A stretch of 52,363 nt of DNA from a virus (IMGVR_UViG_3300022177_000001:1-52363), one strand, 5' to 3'. Positions 35,760-45,094 are shown, numbered from the stretch's first letter. A program made the numbers and translations. Notes: generated by a model not told the origin, from the letters alone.

Positions 35760-36890
35760 ATGGACATTTTCGACGCCGCCGAAAAAATAACCGAGGCCGC
35801 CCAGGCCATGGGCTACGGCGCGCGGACCCACGTCGCGGAAACCGGATCGGTCTATCTGGATTTTGCCCGTGACCGCGCCGACGGCGGACTTGATGAATTA
35901 ACCGTGAGGGTTTCGACGCATGGCGAGTGCTACCCCCCGGCGGCCGGAGTGCGGCAAATCTCCGTGGACCCGGACGGCATGACTGTGGATCAGGCCGCGG
36001 ACTGCCTTCGCGACCCTTCGCGGGTGACGCCGGAAGCCCCGGCCGCGCACGCCCCGGCGATCACGCACTACTCGTGCCAGGGTGGATCACAGACCTGGTT
36101 GCCTACGCGGCACCCCTGCGTTTCCTACGACTCGGACGCCCAGAACGTGCGCGGCGCGACAGACCCCTATTTGATCCAGGCCAGGGCGCTACGCGCACGC
36201 CCGCAAATCCTGGAGGACACGCCGCCCGGGGCCGCCGTAAGGTGGTTTTCGGCGCGCGGCTCACAGGCTGTGATTGCGCAAATGCACGAGGGCCGATTTC
36301 CATGGAATCCGGATATTCCGCCGGAAATTTTCGTCATCTACTCCGAAACCTCGAAAACCGTTGTTCCCAAGGCTGTTGGCGTGGCGCTCTATGGAAAACC
36401 GAGCATCGGGATTGATCGAAAACAGCAAATATCGAAATGGGGCGACAGCACGTTGCGGGCCGAGGTTGTGACCGCCGTGCAGCACGCGCTCAATCCGTTC
36501 ATGCGCTCGGCATTGGCTGGAGAATTGAGCCCACAGGATTTTTACCATGCGGCGTGGTATAATGGAATTCGAATTTTCAATAAATACGCCGAACACAAAA
36601 ACATTGTCACGCACGGAAAACAATATGCGGACGGCCTGTCATGGTTCAAAACGCTGATGGCGAAATTGCGTCGTGAACTCGGGATTCCGTCGCCGTTTGA
36701 CGTGTGGGGAAAGAAAATTGCCGTGGCCCGGGCAAATGGACGACGGGGGGGCCGCCGCCAGACCATACCGTGGAACAAATACGATGCCCGGATTCTGGCC
36801 GGGGAAAACGTCGCGGCCCTCGCGGACGAGATAGGGTGTTCCCGTCAGATGGTTTACAATAGGAAGTTTCAGTTGAAAAAAATCACATAG
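35760..36890 (+). CDS. Hypothetical protein with C-terminal HTH
   Basis: GAGGA RBS; AR.NG..GGR and VAALADEIGCSRQMVYN. Confidence 0.7.
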   Translation: MDIFDAAEKITEAAQAMGYGARTHVAETGSVYLDFARDRADGGLDELTVRVSTHGECYPPAAGVRQISVDPDGMTVDQAADCLRDPSRVTPEAPAAHAPAITHYSCQGGSQTWLPTRHPCVSYDSDAQNVRGATDPYLIQARALRARPQILEDTPPGAAVRWFSARGSQAVIAQMHEGRFPWNPDIPPEIFVIYSETSKTVVPKAVGVALYGKPSIGIDRKQQISKWGDSTLRAEVVTAVQHALNPFMRSALAGELSPQDFYHAAWYNGIRIFNKYAEHKNIVTHGKQYADGLSWFKTLMAKLRRELGIPSPFDVWGKKIAVARANGRRGGRRQTIPWNKYDARILAGENVAALADEIGCSRQMVYNRKFQLKKIT

Positions 36891-36904
36891 AAAGATAGAT
36901 TAAA

Positions 36905-36974
36905 TCGTTCCCCGCAGTGCGGGGGTGGACCGTAGAAAAGAGTTTTGTGTTCCCCTGCGTGCGGGGGATAGGCG
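36905..36974 (+). CRISPR. Two degenerate type I-E-like CRISPR repeats separated by 14 nt (solitary repeat units, no cas genes)
   Basis: TCGTTCCCCGCAGTGCGGGGGTGGACCG and GTGTTCCCCTGCGTGCGGGGGATAGGCG resemble the E. coli I-E repeat GTGTTCCCCGCGCCAGCGGGGATAAACCG. Confidence 0.65.
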
Positions 36975-37011
36975 CAAACAATCCCTACGCAGCAACCCGC
37001 CGGTCCCTGGG

Positions 37012-37239
37012 CTACTGCCTCGCCCGGCGCGCGCGCCACGCCGCAAGCTCACACGACGACGCGCGCATGGTCGATCCCGGGCCGCCGTCCTGGTAGACCG
37101 GGGGCGGATCGTCGCCCCGAAGGAGCACGTAGAGTGTGCCTCGTGAAATACCAAGCTCATCGGCCACCTGTTTGGCCGTCGTCAGGTCGCACGCCTGGAC
37201 AGGCCCGAACCCGACAACGGGGGCTTTATCGGTCTGCAT
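37012..37239 (-). CDS. AlpA/excisionase-like HTH protein
   Basis: TAKQVADELGISRGTLY..L....P; L.AW. Confidence 0.75.
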   Translation of the reverse strand: MQTDKAPVVGFGPVQACDLTTAKQVADELGISRGTLYVLLRGDDPPPVYQDGGPGSTMRASSCELAAWRARRARQ

Positions 37240-37495
37240 CGCGCCCTCCTGGCCGGTCCTGTTTGACCCGGCCCTTGAAATTGCCCCGGGCGTCGAAAAC
37301 CTTGCCGTCGCGAATGCGCCCTTGGAACTGGCCCCTGGAATCGAACACCCTGCCGTCGTAGACGCGGCCCTGGTAGCGGCCCTGGGTGTCGTAGATGCGA
37401 CTGGACTCCCTACGCGGCACCTCGCCGGTCCCTGAATCGGCCAGAGCGCAGGAAGCGGACAGGGCCAGGATGATGATGGCGATGATAAGTTTCAC
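37226..37495 (-). CDS. Exported protein with short beta repeats
   Basis: Signal peptide; three (Y/F)D..G.(Y/F).GR repeats. Confidence 0.7.
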   Translation of the reverse strand: MKLIIAIIILALSASCALADSGTGEVPRRESSRIYDTQGRYQGRVYDGRVFDSRGQFQGRIRDGKVFDARGNFKGRVKQDRPGGRDADR

Positions 37496-37938
37496 GGCCT
37501 TTCCTCCCTACGCGGCATGTCGCCGGTTCCCGTCCACTCCCCTTTCTTCCCCCCGTCGTACTCCCTCGCCAGCCCAAGCCCCAGGAGCGCCGACCCCACG
37601 TCGATGCCGCCGCACTCGACCCGCGCCAGAAGCCGAAAATACTTGTCCCGGGCCACGTCACGCAGTTCCGCCACGCTCCCGGCCGGGCACCAGCCTCGCA
37701 CCTGATCCCGGGCCTGGACGGCAATCTGGCGCGTTTCATGCGTACCCCCGCGCATCTCGGGCGTGTCGATGCCTCGCACGCGGACGCCGATCCGCTCCCC
37801 GAAAACCGCAGGCGCATCCGGAATATCCACGGTCAACGTGTCGCCATCGTAGACCGAGACGACTACGGCCGACAGGTCTGCGGCGTGGACGGGCCAGGGC
37901 AGACAGGCCAGGACAAAAAATAGAGCGATGGACTTCAT
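37492..37938 (-). CDS. Thermonuclease (SNase) with signal peptide
   Basis: V.DGDT, R.RGIDTPE, DKY.RLLA and GLA..Y motifs. Confidence 0.92.
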   Translation of the reverse strand: MKSIALFFVLACLPWPVHAADLSAVVVSVYDGDTLTVDIPDAPAVFGERIGVRVRGIDTPEMRGGTHETRQIAVQARDQVRGWCPAGSVAELRDVARDKYFRLLARVECGGIDVGSALLGLGLAREYDGGKKGEWTGTGDMPRREERP

Positions 37939-38240
37939 GGCGACTCCGTTTTCTCGACCCGCACAACCCTTTCCCGTCTCCCCCACTCCCTGGCCGTGGC
38001 TTCGTCCTCGACGCACAGGTCGATGGTGCGCCGGGCATCAGGGCCGGTCAAGTCTTGGATAAAAACCCAACCTACGCCATCCACATGGATTTCTTGGCCT
38101 AAAAGATCACGCATGTCACGACTTACAGCAGCAGTCAGCCCCGGGCGCACCTCGTGCCCCATGGCCCCGATGCCGTTGCTGCCACCCTGGCCCGGATGGT
38201 AGGCGGTTATCATGAGCAGGCCGAGGGCGAGGGCTTTCAC
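37935..38240 (-). CDS. 3D domain-containing protein
   Basis: TAY, AVS.D, G..I...G.G....D and IDL motifs. Confidence 0.75.
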   Translation of the reverse strand: MKALALGLLMITAYHPGQGGSNGIGAMGHEVRPGLTAAVSRDMRDLLGQEIHVDGVGWVFIQDLTGPDARRTIDLCVEDEATAREWGRRERVVRVEKTESP

Positions 38241-38470
38241 GAGCCTTCCCCCGTCAGCACATAGCTGTGAACGTTTTGTTGCGTCCCTGCCATTGTGACG
38301 ATGGTCTTGCGTGCCGGGCGGCAACGGCCCTCTTTGATAGCCATTTTGAGCAATTTTCGTACCTTCTCTTCGCCGCACATCATGGCTTCGGCTATCTCGG
38401 CAGTGGTCATCCCTTCGCCCTGGCTGGCCTCGTTAAGCCTCGAAAGAAGGTCAACCATGTCCACGGTCAA
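38237..38470 (-). CDS. Small winged-HTH protein
   Basis: GMTT.EIA........VR..LK....G; start codon uncertain. Confidence 0.6.
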   Translation of the reverse strand: MTVDMVDLLSRLNEASQGEGMTTAEIAEAMMCGEEKVRKLLKMAIKEGRCRPARKTIVTMAGTQQNVHSYVLTGEGS

Positions 38471-39279
38471 AGTTGCTCCACAGGGGGCACCGCCGCCCGA
38501 ACATTGAGGATGTGGCGTTTCCATTGGATTTCTCCTGTCTTGAAAATGTCGAAATGCATGAACCCGAAATGCACGATCCCGCTGCAACGGCGGCCTCCGA
38601 ACTTGGTTTGTGCGGCCTGGAGCGCAGGGAGACAAAACCCCATGCGCGGGCCTCCCCTGGGGCCTATGTCGTCGATCCCGATGTATCGGTGGGTATGGCC
38701 GCGAAGGTAAACGTTGGCCTTCGGTTGCGCCTCCATCTCGGCCCACAGGAGATTCCAAAGCATGTCCTTCATCAGGGCCGTGCCTTTGCCGTGCGGGATG
38801 CTGGTGCCGCCGATGTGGTGCTTGAGGTGAAACACGATGCCGTGGCGCTCAATCCAAGCCTGATCCGTGATCTTGGCATCAAAGGCGTCGGCCACAATTT
38901 TTTCAAAGTCCTCGGCATCCCCGGTGTGGTACGGTGTGCCGTAGACGAATCGGTTGTACTTGGCCCCGACATGGCGAACCACGGCCTTGGCCATCTCACA
39001 TTGCTCGTACCTGTCCGTGGTAATGAGTTCGGTTCCGCCCGAGCGATGCCCGGCACCGTCAATGAGGTCAGCAATCCACGCCGCGCCGTCGAATGGTTTG
39101 AGCGCGTCCACGGTGCCGGTAAACCAGCCCCAGAGTTCACGCTGGAGTTGCCCGATTTCGGCCCTGGCCCCGTCGAGGGGGAAATGCCACTCCGGGGGCG
39201 TCAATCCCGCGAAGTGACCGCAATGCGTGTCATTCCCCACAAAGAGGCGGTAGAAGTCGCGTCCGCCGAAGAACCTCAT
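38467..39279 (-). CDS. Calcineurin-like metallophosphoesterase
   Basis: D.HCG, DLIDG, GT.YH, HH and RGH.H motifs. Confidence 0.8.
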   Translation of the reverse strand: MRFFGGRDFYRLFVGNDTHCGHFAGLTPPEWHFPLDGARAEIGQLQRELWGWFTGTVDALKPFDGAAWIADLIDGAGHRSGGTELITTDRYEQCEMAKAVVRHVGAKYNRFVYGTPYHTGDAEDFEKIVADAFDAKITDQAWIERHGIVFHLKHHIGGTSIPHGKGTALMKDMLWNLLWAEMEAQPKANVYLRGHTHRYIGIDDIGPRGGPRMGFCLPALQAAQTKFGGRRCSGIVHFGFMHFDIFKTGEIQWKRHILNVRAAVPPVEQL

Positions 39280-39671
39280 TTCTTGGCCTCGCCCATTTCA
39301 CGCAGCCGAATGGCCATAGCCGCCGCGTAGTTGATGGCCCCCATCGTTTCCTTGACCGCAGCGGCAGGCCCATGAAGCGTGTAGAGCCGCCCGGCCTCGA
39401 TGATTTTCTTGATGGCCTGATAGGCCAGCGCGCCCACCGGGTGCCCGTCCAGGAGCCGCGTGATCTGCATTATGGGCTGGTTTTCGAAAGGCTGGTTGTT
39501 CGCGTGGCGCTCCGCTCCCTTTCCGGAACTGGCCTGGAGCAATGCGGCGTCCAAGACCTGGGCCAGGGAGTCGTAGGGGGTGGAGGCTGGACAAACACAC
39601 ACCCGGCTCCGCACTCCTTGGCGTATCGCGCCGCCGTTCTCCTCGTCTTCCGTGAAGCGTTTACGACCCAT
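39276..39671 (-). CDS. Conserved hypothetical phage protein
   Basis: QA..GKG.ERHA....F..QP and GAINY.A motifs. Confidence 0.65.
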   Translation of the reverse strand: MGRKRFTEDEENGGAIRQGVRSRVCVCPASTPYDSLAQVLDAALLQASSGKGAERHANNQPFENQPIMQITRLLDGHPVGALAYQAIKKIIEAGRLYTLHGPAAAVKETMGAINYAAAMAIRLREMGEAKK

Positions 39672-39922
39672 AATCGCTTCATCCTCCTTCGCCAGTGCAT
39701 CGCGCGTTGCTTCGTCAGCTATTCCCACGTTCCTTCTCCTTCGCCCACCTTTGGGCCGTTTCCGCGCCGTGCGCGCACACACCAACCGGCCTATGCCTGC
39801 ACAACATCGCTGCCGTGTCTGCAATACAGCCCCGAGATTTGTCCCACATCGTGCAAACCAGGGCGCAGACTGCCGGGGGCGGGGCGTCTTTCAAAAGATA
39901 GAACCCTCTTCCTCTTGCCTCT

Positions 39923-40189
39923 TTAGACGTTTATCAATCCCCTGGCTGTTATTTCCCGCCACTCCACCACGTCGCCCTCGTTCCACCACGCCGTTCCATG
40001 CCGGTTATGGTGGTCCGGCAGTTTCCACGGCCTGAGGGCATCAAATTCCAGGATGATGGACCGTCCATGGCGAACGGCCCAATGCTTCGCAGCCTCCGGC
40101 GTTGTGAACCCCCGCACAGGCTGGATGATACGCCCCGAGGCTATGTATCTGGCCAATTTTCGTGGCGTGGTGGCGTGGTAAAGTTTCAT
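39923..40189 (-). CDS. Hypothetical protein (LYH.T N-terminal motif)
   Basis: 88-aa ORF co-oriented with the early operon. Confidence 0.6.
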   Translation of the reverse strand: MKLYHATTPRKLARYIASGRIIQPVRGFTTPEAAKHWAVRHGRSIILEFDALRPWKLPDHHNRHGTAWWNEGDVVEWREITARGLINV

Positions 40190-40250
40190 CGTATTTTCCC
40201 AGAATTGAACTATCCAGCGCGATTAGTTAAAGTATGGTTTGACAAATGCG

Positions 40251-40709
40251 TCACGCCGCTTCGCCATCTTCCGGCTCCAAAAGCCCGAGCGGAGCGACAG
40301 CCGCAGCGCGAACGTCAATGTCAATGTGATCCCTGGTTCCGTACCACTTGCGCACCACCAATTCCGCGACTTGCTTGTCGTCGTGCCAGAACTGGAGTTG
40401 CGTCATCACGTCTTTGATATGCTTGGCAATGTTGTCGGCGTCCGGCTTCGTTGTGGGCCGGATGCGCCCGGTCAGCGCCTCAAATTTCCACTTCTTGGGT
40501 TTGCTGGCCGGGCAAGCAAACACCGCGTTGACGTAGAGCAATACAGGCCCGTCCAAGGGGGCTTGGGGCTTGTGTTCGATCATCAACGCGGCCAAGGTTT
40601 GCTCTCGCTGTTCCTGTTTTGCGGCCTTGTAGACCGTGGCGTGACGCCCCCGGATTGTTGCCCTGGACCTCATTTGTCCGACTGGCCGAGTGTAGACTGT
40701 AAATTTCAT
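40251..40709 (-). CDS. rusA: RusA family Holliday junction resolvase
   Basis: KPD.DN..K...D and W.DD.QV.....K.Y. Confidence 0.93.
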   Translation of the reverse strand: MKFTVYTRPVGQMRSRATIRGRHATVYKAAKQEQREQTLAALMIEHKPQAPLDGPVLLYVNAVFACPASKPKKWKFEALTGRIRPTTKPDADNIAKHIKDVMTQLQFWHDDKQVAELVVRKWYGTRDHIDIDVRAAAVAPLGLLEPEDGEAA

Positions 40710-40843
40710 CCCGCCCTAACCTCCCATATGCCTCTATTTCGCACTACGCGGCGCGTGGGGGCGCGTTCTTCATTTTTACGGCTACGCCTCGTCCTGGCCT
40801 GTCGCGTCACCCACAGGTACGTTCTCGGACTTTTCCGGCTTGC

Positions 40844-41068
40844 TCATCTTGCGCCACTCCTCACCAGCCTTGCCCACTCCCCCGGCTCGCACTCGTACAC
40901 CCTGGCCCGGCAGATGCCGCAGAACCACACCTCCCGCATATAGCGATAATGCGACAGGGCATGTTCGTGACGGCCTCCCCACCAGATGCGTTCCCAGGGG
41001 CGAAGGCCCTCGTGCCAGAGCCAGGAATAGTAGGTGCGGAGGAGGGTCATATTGGCTCCCTTGCTCAA
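40844..41068 (-). CDS. Hypothetical protein
   Basis: Coupled to the ssb stop codon. Confidence 0.45.
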   Translation of the reverse strand: MSKGANMTLLRTYYSWLWHEGLRPWERIWWGGRHEHALSHYRYMREVWFCGICRARVYECEPGEWARLVRSGAR

Positions 41069-41451
41069 AAGGGAACGTCGTCCATACCCTGGGAATCACT
41101 CGGAAACGCCGGGCCATTGTCGTCCTGCGCCGATCTCTGACCCTGGTTGCGTGCCTGTCCCTGCTGGAACTCGACCTCGTTGCAAATGACCTCGGGCATG
41201 GAATGCTTCTGGCCGTCCTTTTCCCACTCGTTGATAGTCAGTTCGCCGCGAACCATGATCGGCTTGCCCTTGGTCAGGTGTTGCCCCAGGTTTTCACGCT
41301 TAAAGACCTTGCAACGAAGCCACATCGTTTTTTTCTTGTCTCCAAAACCCGTATCGACAGCCAATGAAAACGTGGTGACGGCCATTCCGCCGCTGGTGTA
41401 TTTCGTTTCGGCATCTTTCCCGATGCGGCCTGATGCGATAAAAAGATTCAT
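41065..41451 (-). CDS. ssb: Single-stranded DNA-binding protein
   Basis: OB-fold motifs and DDVPF C-terminus. Confidence 0.97.
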   Translation of the reverse strand: MNLFIASGRIGKDAETKYTSGGMAVTTFSLAVDTGFGDKKKTMWLRCKVFKRENLGQHLTKGKPIMVRGELTINEWEKDGQKHSMPEVICNEVEFQQGQARNQGQRSAQDDNGPAFPSDSQGMDDVPF

Positions 41452-41463
41452 TGATGTCTCCTT

Positions 41464-43173
41464 TTACTCGAAATATACTCCGCACTCGCGGGCGTACTTC
41501 AGTTCTGCCTTTCCGGGCTTTCCAATCTCACGGAAGCGAACCTTTTGGATGTAAACCTCAGTCACATCGCGCTCTATGTCAGGACGGTGGACACATATTC
41601 CGTTGTCCGCTTTGTTCCTCCAGTGACTACTTCCGGAAATGTCATACATCGTCGGAACGGGATAATCCCCGCTGTCCTTATTTTTTTGCAGCTTGGTAGG
41701 GTGCGCGACAAGCCACACATGAACATTGTTTATCCTTGCGAATCGACGAATCTTTGTTAAACATTGTGAAATGTAGTCCGTTTCGCTCATTTTGTCGCCA
41801 CGATTATGCTCTATTTCATTCCATGGGTCAATAACAACACCACGGCAACCAAAACGATATATCGCGGCACGAGCCTTTTGCAAAATGCTATCAAGGGACA
41901 TTTCGTCTTCTGGCGGCATGATGAAATGGAAAAATCCGTCCATGTATTGCATTCCCGAGGCCACTTCATCTTCTCGCATCCGTTCCGTGTAGCTGTACTT
42001 CGTCGAGAACGGCTTTCGGATGATCTTTTCCAGGATGTTGGCAACATGCCTCTCAGGCGGCCAGTTCTCAGGTGAGAACAGCGCAAACGCCCATTCCTGT
42101 TCCCGGTGGAGGTTGACCAGGAGCGCGTCCAGCCAGTTTGACTTCCCTGAACCTGGGATGCCGGTCACAATCGTCATCTCGCCCGGGCGAACGGTGTAGA
42201 ACTCATCCAGGCACGCCCACCCAGTGGAAACGCCAGGACGCATCCCCTCGGCGTAAAGCAAGTCCACATCCCCGGCGAGGTCGGGAATCCCAAACAGCCC
42301 CACCACGGGCATCGGAACCGCGTTGGTAATGACCGCCGCCGCAGCGTCCTTGCCGTGCTTGACCAGGACTTCGTTGATGTCCTTGCACCCGTCGGGGTAT
42401 GTGACGCGCCAACACTTTTCGACGCCGATGCGTCGGGCAAGCTCACGCTCAAGCGTCTGGCCGGGCAGGTCATTGTCCACGCACAGGATCACGCGGCCAT
42501 AGGCGGCAAGGATTTCTTCGGCGGGCTCCAAGAAGCTGAATTTCTTCTCGTACTGCTTCGTATCCGGAGATGGCGCGCCGTCGGGGACGCTAGTTACGGC
42601 GTTGATGCCGATGCTCACCAGGGACAGGGCGTCCATCTCGCCCTCGGTGATGACCAGGAACCTACTCGCGCTGGCCCGGGATGCGATTTCGTCAAAGCGG
42701 TACAGGCATTTTTCGGCATCTTTGGCCTGCCGAAACCTCTTTTTCCCGTCGCGAAACTTGATGTTCACGACTTCGCCGCCCTTGACGTAGGGGAACTGGA
42801 TGCACGTCACTTCCCCGTCCGCCCCGGGCATCCAGGCCATGCCATAGCCCACCCGATTCGCCTTCAACGCCTCGGGCGTGATCCCGCGCCCGGAGAAGTA
42901 CGCCAGCACCTTCTCGGGCAAGTCCACGCTGGCCTTGTAGGCAGGCTTGACTGGCCGCTTCGGCGTTGGTTCTTTCTTCTCCGAAGCGATTTTCAGCCCG
43001 CCCGTCCAGCCGCAATGCCAGCAATTCCAGACGCCGTCGTCCACGTTCACGCTCAAGCACGGGTCCGTGGATTTTTTCCTGGACGGCGAACACTGCGGGC
43101 ATGTCGTCTTCACGTCGCCCGTAGCATCCGAAGGCACCTCAATCCCAAAATCGGTAAATGATTTCAGAACCAC
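41464..43173 (-). CDS. Bifunctional primase-helicase (T7 gp4/Twinkle-like)
   Basis: CP.C/C.HC zinc finger, EGE.D and D.D TOPRIM motifs, G.PGSGKS, IDP and AHP.K. Confidence 0.93.
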   Translation of the reverse strand: MVLKSFTDFGIEVPSDATGDVKTTCPQCSPSRKKSTDPCLSVNVDDGVWNCWHCGWTGGLKIASEKKEPTPKRPVKPAYKASVDLPEKVLAYFSGRGITPEALKANRVGYGMAWMPGADGEVTCIQFPYVKGGEVVNIKFRDGKKRFRQAKDAEKCLYRFDEIASRASASRFLVITEGEMDALSLVSIGINAVTSVPDGAPSPDTKQYEKKFSFLEPAEEILAAYGRVILCVDNDLPGQTLERELARRIGVEKCWRVTYPDGCKDINEVLVKHGKDAAAAVITNAVPMPVVGLFGIPDLAGDVDLLYAEGMRPGVSTGWACLDEFYTVRPGEMTIVTGIPGSGKSNWLDALLVNLHREQEWAFALFSPENWPPERHVANILEKIIRKPFSTKYSYTERMREDEVASGMQYMDGFFHFIMPPEDEMSLDSILQKARAAIYRFGCRGVVIDPWNEIEHNRGDKMSETDYISQCLTKIRRFARINNVHVWLVAHPTKLQKNKDSGDYPVPTMYDISGSSHWRNKADNGICVHRPDIERDVTEVYIQKVRFREIGKPGKAELKYARECGVYFE

Positions 43174-44111
43174 GACGGGTGCCCTCCGGAAACTTTCGCC
43201 ACCTGCGTTGGCTCGTCCTCCCATCTCTCGCCGTTAAGCCAAGTCGCCGGGTATGGGATGTACTTTCCGCCGTCCTTTTGCCAATCATGGCCCGCCTTTG
43301 CGGCTGCTATGGCTTGCAACATCGTGGGAAGCGGTGGAAGTTTTTTCTCCTTGCGGAGCTTGTCCCATGCCTTTTTGGCTTGGCCCTTGGATTTCTTTTT
43401 GGGGAACGCCTGCCAAAACTCGTCAAACTCGCGATCCGCCGCAGGCGGTCGCGTCACCCCCCGAGAGGGGGGAGGGGGGGTGTTTCTTTCTTTATTCTTT
43501 TCTTCTCTTATCTCCTCTCCTCTAGGCGTTTCTTGGCGTTGCGTGGCGTTACATGGCGTTACATTGTCGTAAACATCAGTATTTATTTGATTTTCGTTGT
43601 TAAGTTCGCCTTCGATTTCTTGATTGCTATCCTCGAAAACACCCTGGTTAAGGGGGTTGTTTTCGGACTTTTCGATGATCTCGTTACAAGCCCCCGTTAC
43701 ACGGGTTTCTTGGCGTTTCATGGCGTTACATGGCGTTACATTGTCGCAAGTGGCGATACTTGCTAGCTTTTGGCGTTCCCTAAACGCTTTGACCCTGTTT
43801 GAGCTGTCTTCCTCGCGTTCTCGTTTGGGCTGCCTCTTTTCCCACGCGGCGACTCTCCCGGACACGATCAAACCCTTAGACTCCATCGCGGCAAAAATTT
43901 TACAAGCTGACCCGTCATCAAGGTCCAGCAGCGCGTCCGCGCCTTCACAGTCAAACCCGTCAACTCGGCCCCGCTCGGCCGACGCGCACGCCCTCTCCAG
44001 GATCATCTGCCAGACAGACAGCACGTCCCCCAGTCGCGATCCTGCCTTCTTAGCCACGACGCGGAATTTCGGGTCCGTGGTTGTGCCGACGTAAAAGCGG
44101 AACCATTCCAT
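43164..44111 (-). CDS. Phage replication initiator protein
   Basis: W.R......DPK N-terminus, W.KRQP.RE..S, F..FW..FPKK..K and P.TWLN.ERW.D. Confidence 0.88.
   Translation of the reverse strand: MEWFRFYVGTTTDPKFRVVAKKAGSRLGDVLSVWQMILERACASAERGRVDGFDCEGADALLDLDDGSACKIFAAMESKGLIVSGRVAAWEKRQPKREREEDSSNRVKAFRERQKLASIATCDNVTPCNAMKRQETRVTGACNEIIEKSENNPLNQGVFEDSNQEIEGELNNENQINTDVYDNVTPCNATQRQETPRGEEIREEKNKERNTPPPPSRGVTRPPAADREFDEFWQAFPKKKSKGQAKKAWDKLRKEKKLPPLPTMLQAIAAAKAGHDWQKDGGKYIPYPATWLNGERWEDEPTQVAKVSGGHPSWF
43528..43746. repeat. Iterons / probable phage origin
   Basis: Two blocks of tandem 10-bp TGGCGTTACA-like repeats flanking an AT-rich stretch inside the initiator gene. Confidence 0.8.
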
Positions 44112-44112
44112 G

Positions 44113-44283
44113 CTATATCCCCATCTCCTTCGCCAACTGCATCACACGAATCTCGTAGTCCGTGGCATCTATAGCTTCGTCCGCGATGGCGCGCTTTCGC
44201 CGCTCGTATTCGGCCCACCGGAGATGTTGAACGTCGGCGTCGTCCCGTTCGCGGCGACGGTGGTCACGGGATTCATAGAGCAT
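44113..44283 (-). CDS. Small phage protein (56 aa, absent from ORF track)
   Basis: MLYES...WAEYERRK..I......DYE......A.EMGI; fills the gap and abuts the initiator start. Confidence 0.65.
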   Translation of the reverse strand: MLYESRDHRRRERDDADVQHLRWAEYERRKRAIADEAIDATDYEIRVMQLAKEMGI

Positions 44284-44554
44284 CGGTGTGGCCCCCCATC
44301 CTCTTCTCCAGCCTCGCCAGCTTTTCCCGCTTCACCTCGTCCACGTCGGCCTCGCCGAACAAAAACCGCATCTGTTCCAGCATGATTTGCACATCAGCCA
44401 GTTCCTCGATGACCTGCGCCTCTTTTGCCCGGCCACGCATGTGATGCCGCAGCGCCACAATGAGTTCGGCGCACTCCTCGATGGTCTGGTCGATCTGGGC
44501 GCGAGAGCCGTAGTGGGCCAGGGCGCGGGCGTAGATGGACAAAATTTCGCTCAT
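44273..44554 (-). CDS. MazG-like nucleotide pyrophosphohydrolase
   Basis: EEC.EL and EELADV motifs. Confidence 0.85.
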   Translation of the reverse strand: MSEILSIYARALAHYGSRAQIDQTIEECAELIVALRHHMRGRAKEAQVIEELADVQIMLEQMRFLFGEADVDEVKREKLARLEKRMGGHTDAL

Positions 44555-44763
44555 TGCCTCTCCACCCGCTCCAAGGTCACATCGATTATTTCCACGGCTT
44601 GACGTGCCGCCACATCATCGCCCTCGGCGCTGGACAAAATCGTCTTGAGCGTCCGCAACGTCCTGGTCGCCTCCCGCAACTTCGCGCACGTCCCGGTCAT
44701 CCCGAGGTGGTCAACCCACGGGACGCCGCAGGAGGGGCAAACAAGCGTGTGTTGGGTGGTCAT
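44551..44763 (-). CDS. Hypothetical protein
   Basis: Overlaps both neighbours by 4 bp; C..C...H....C motif. Confidence 0.6.
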   Translation of the reverse strand: MTTQHTLVCPSCGVPWVDHLGMTGTCAKLREATRTLRTLKTILSSAEGDDVAARQAVEIIDVTLERVERQ

Positions 44764-45094
44764 GATGGCACCTTGAGATATTCCACCGGCTTTCCCATCT
44801 TTTTGGCGATCCGGACTTCTTTCTCGACCCCCACGCTTTCATCCCATCCTGAAATCATCGCCACATAAAGCGCATCGCACCACTCGATAAACGCGCGGTC
44901 TTGAGCCTCCCAAAAGTCAAAACCAAGAGGCAAGTCGCACATCGTGGCTATCGGGTGAGTCATGGATATGGGCGAAAAAACGATATTGCCCTGGGCCAGG
45001 AGAAGTCCGGAAAGCACATTGAGCTTTACAAACCGCTCATGGCGCACGGATTTGTCAGGATGCGATATGGGCCTGCAAGGTAGATTTTACGCAT
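44760..45094 (-). pseudogene. DUF1937-family gene with a 1-nt frameshift
   Basis: MRKIYLAGPY in one frame continues as HPDKSVRHERF...SPI...H...W..S.GV..E in another. Confidence 0.7.
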
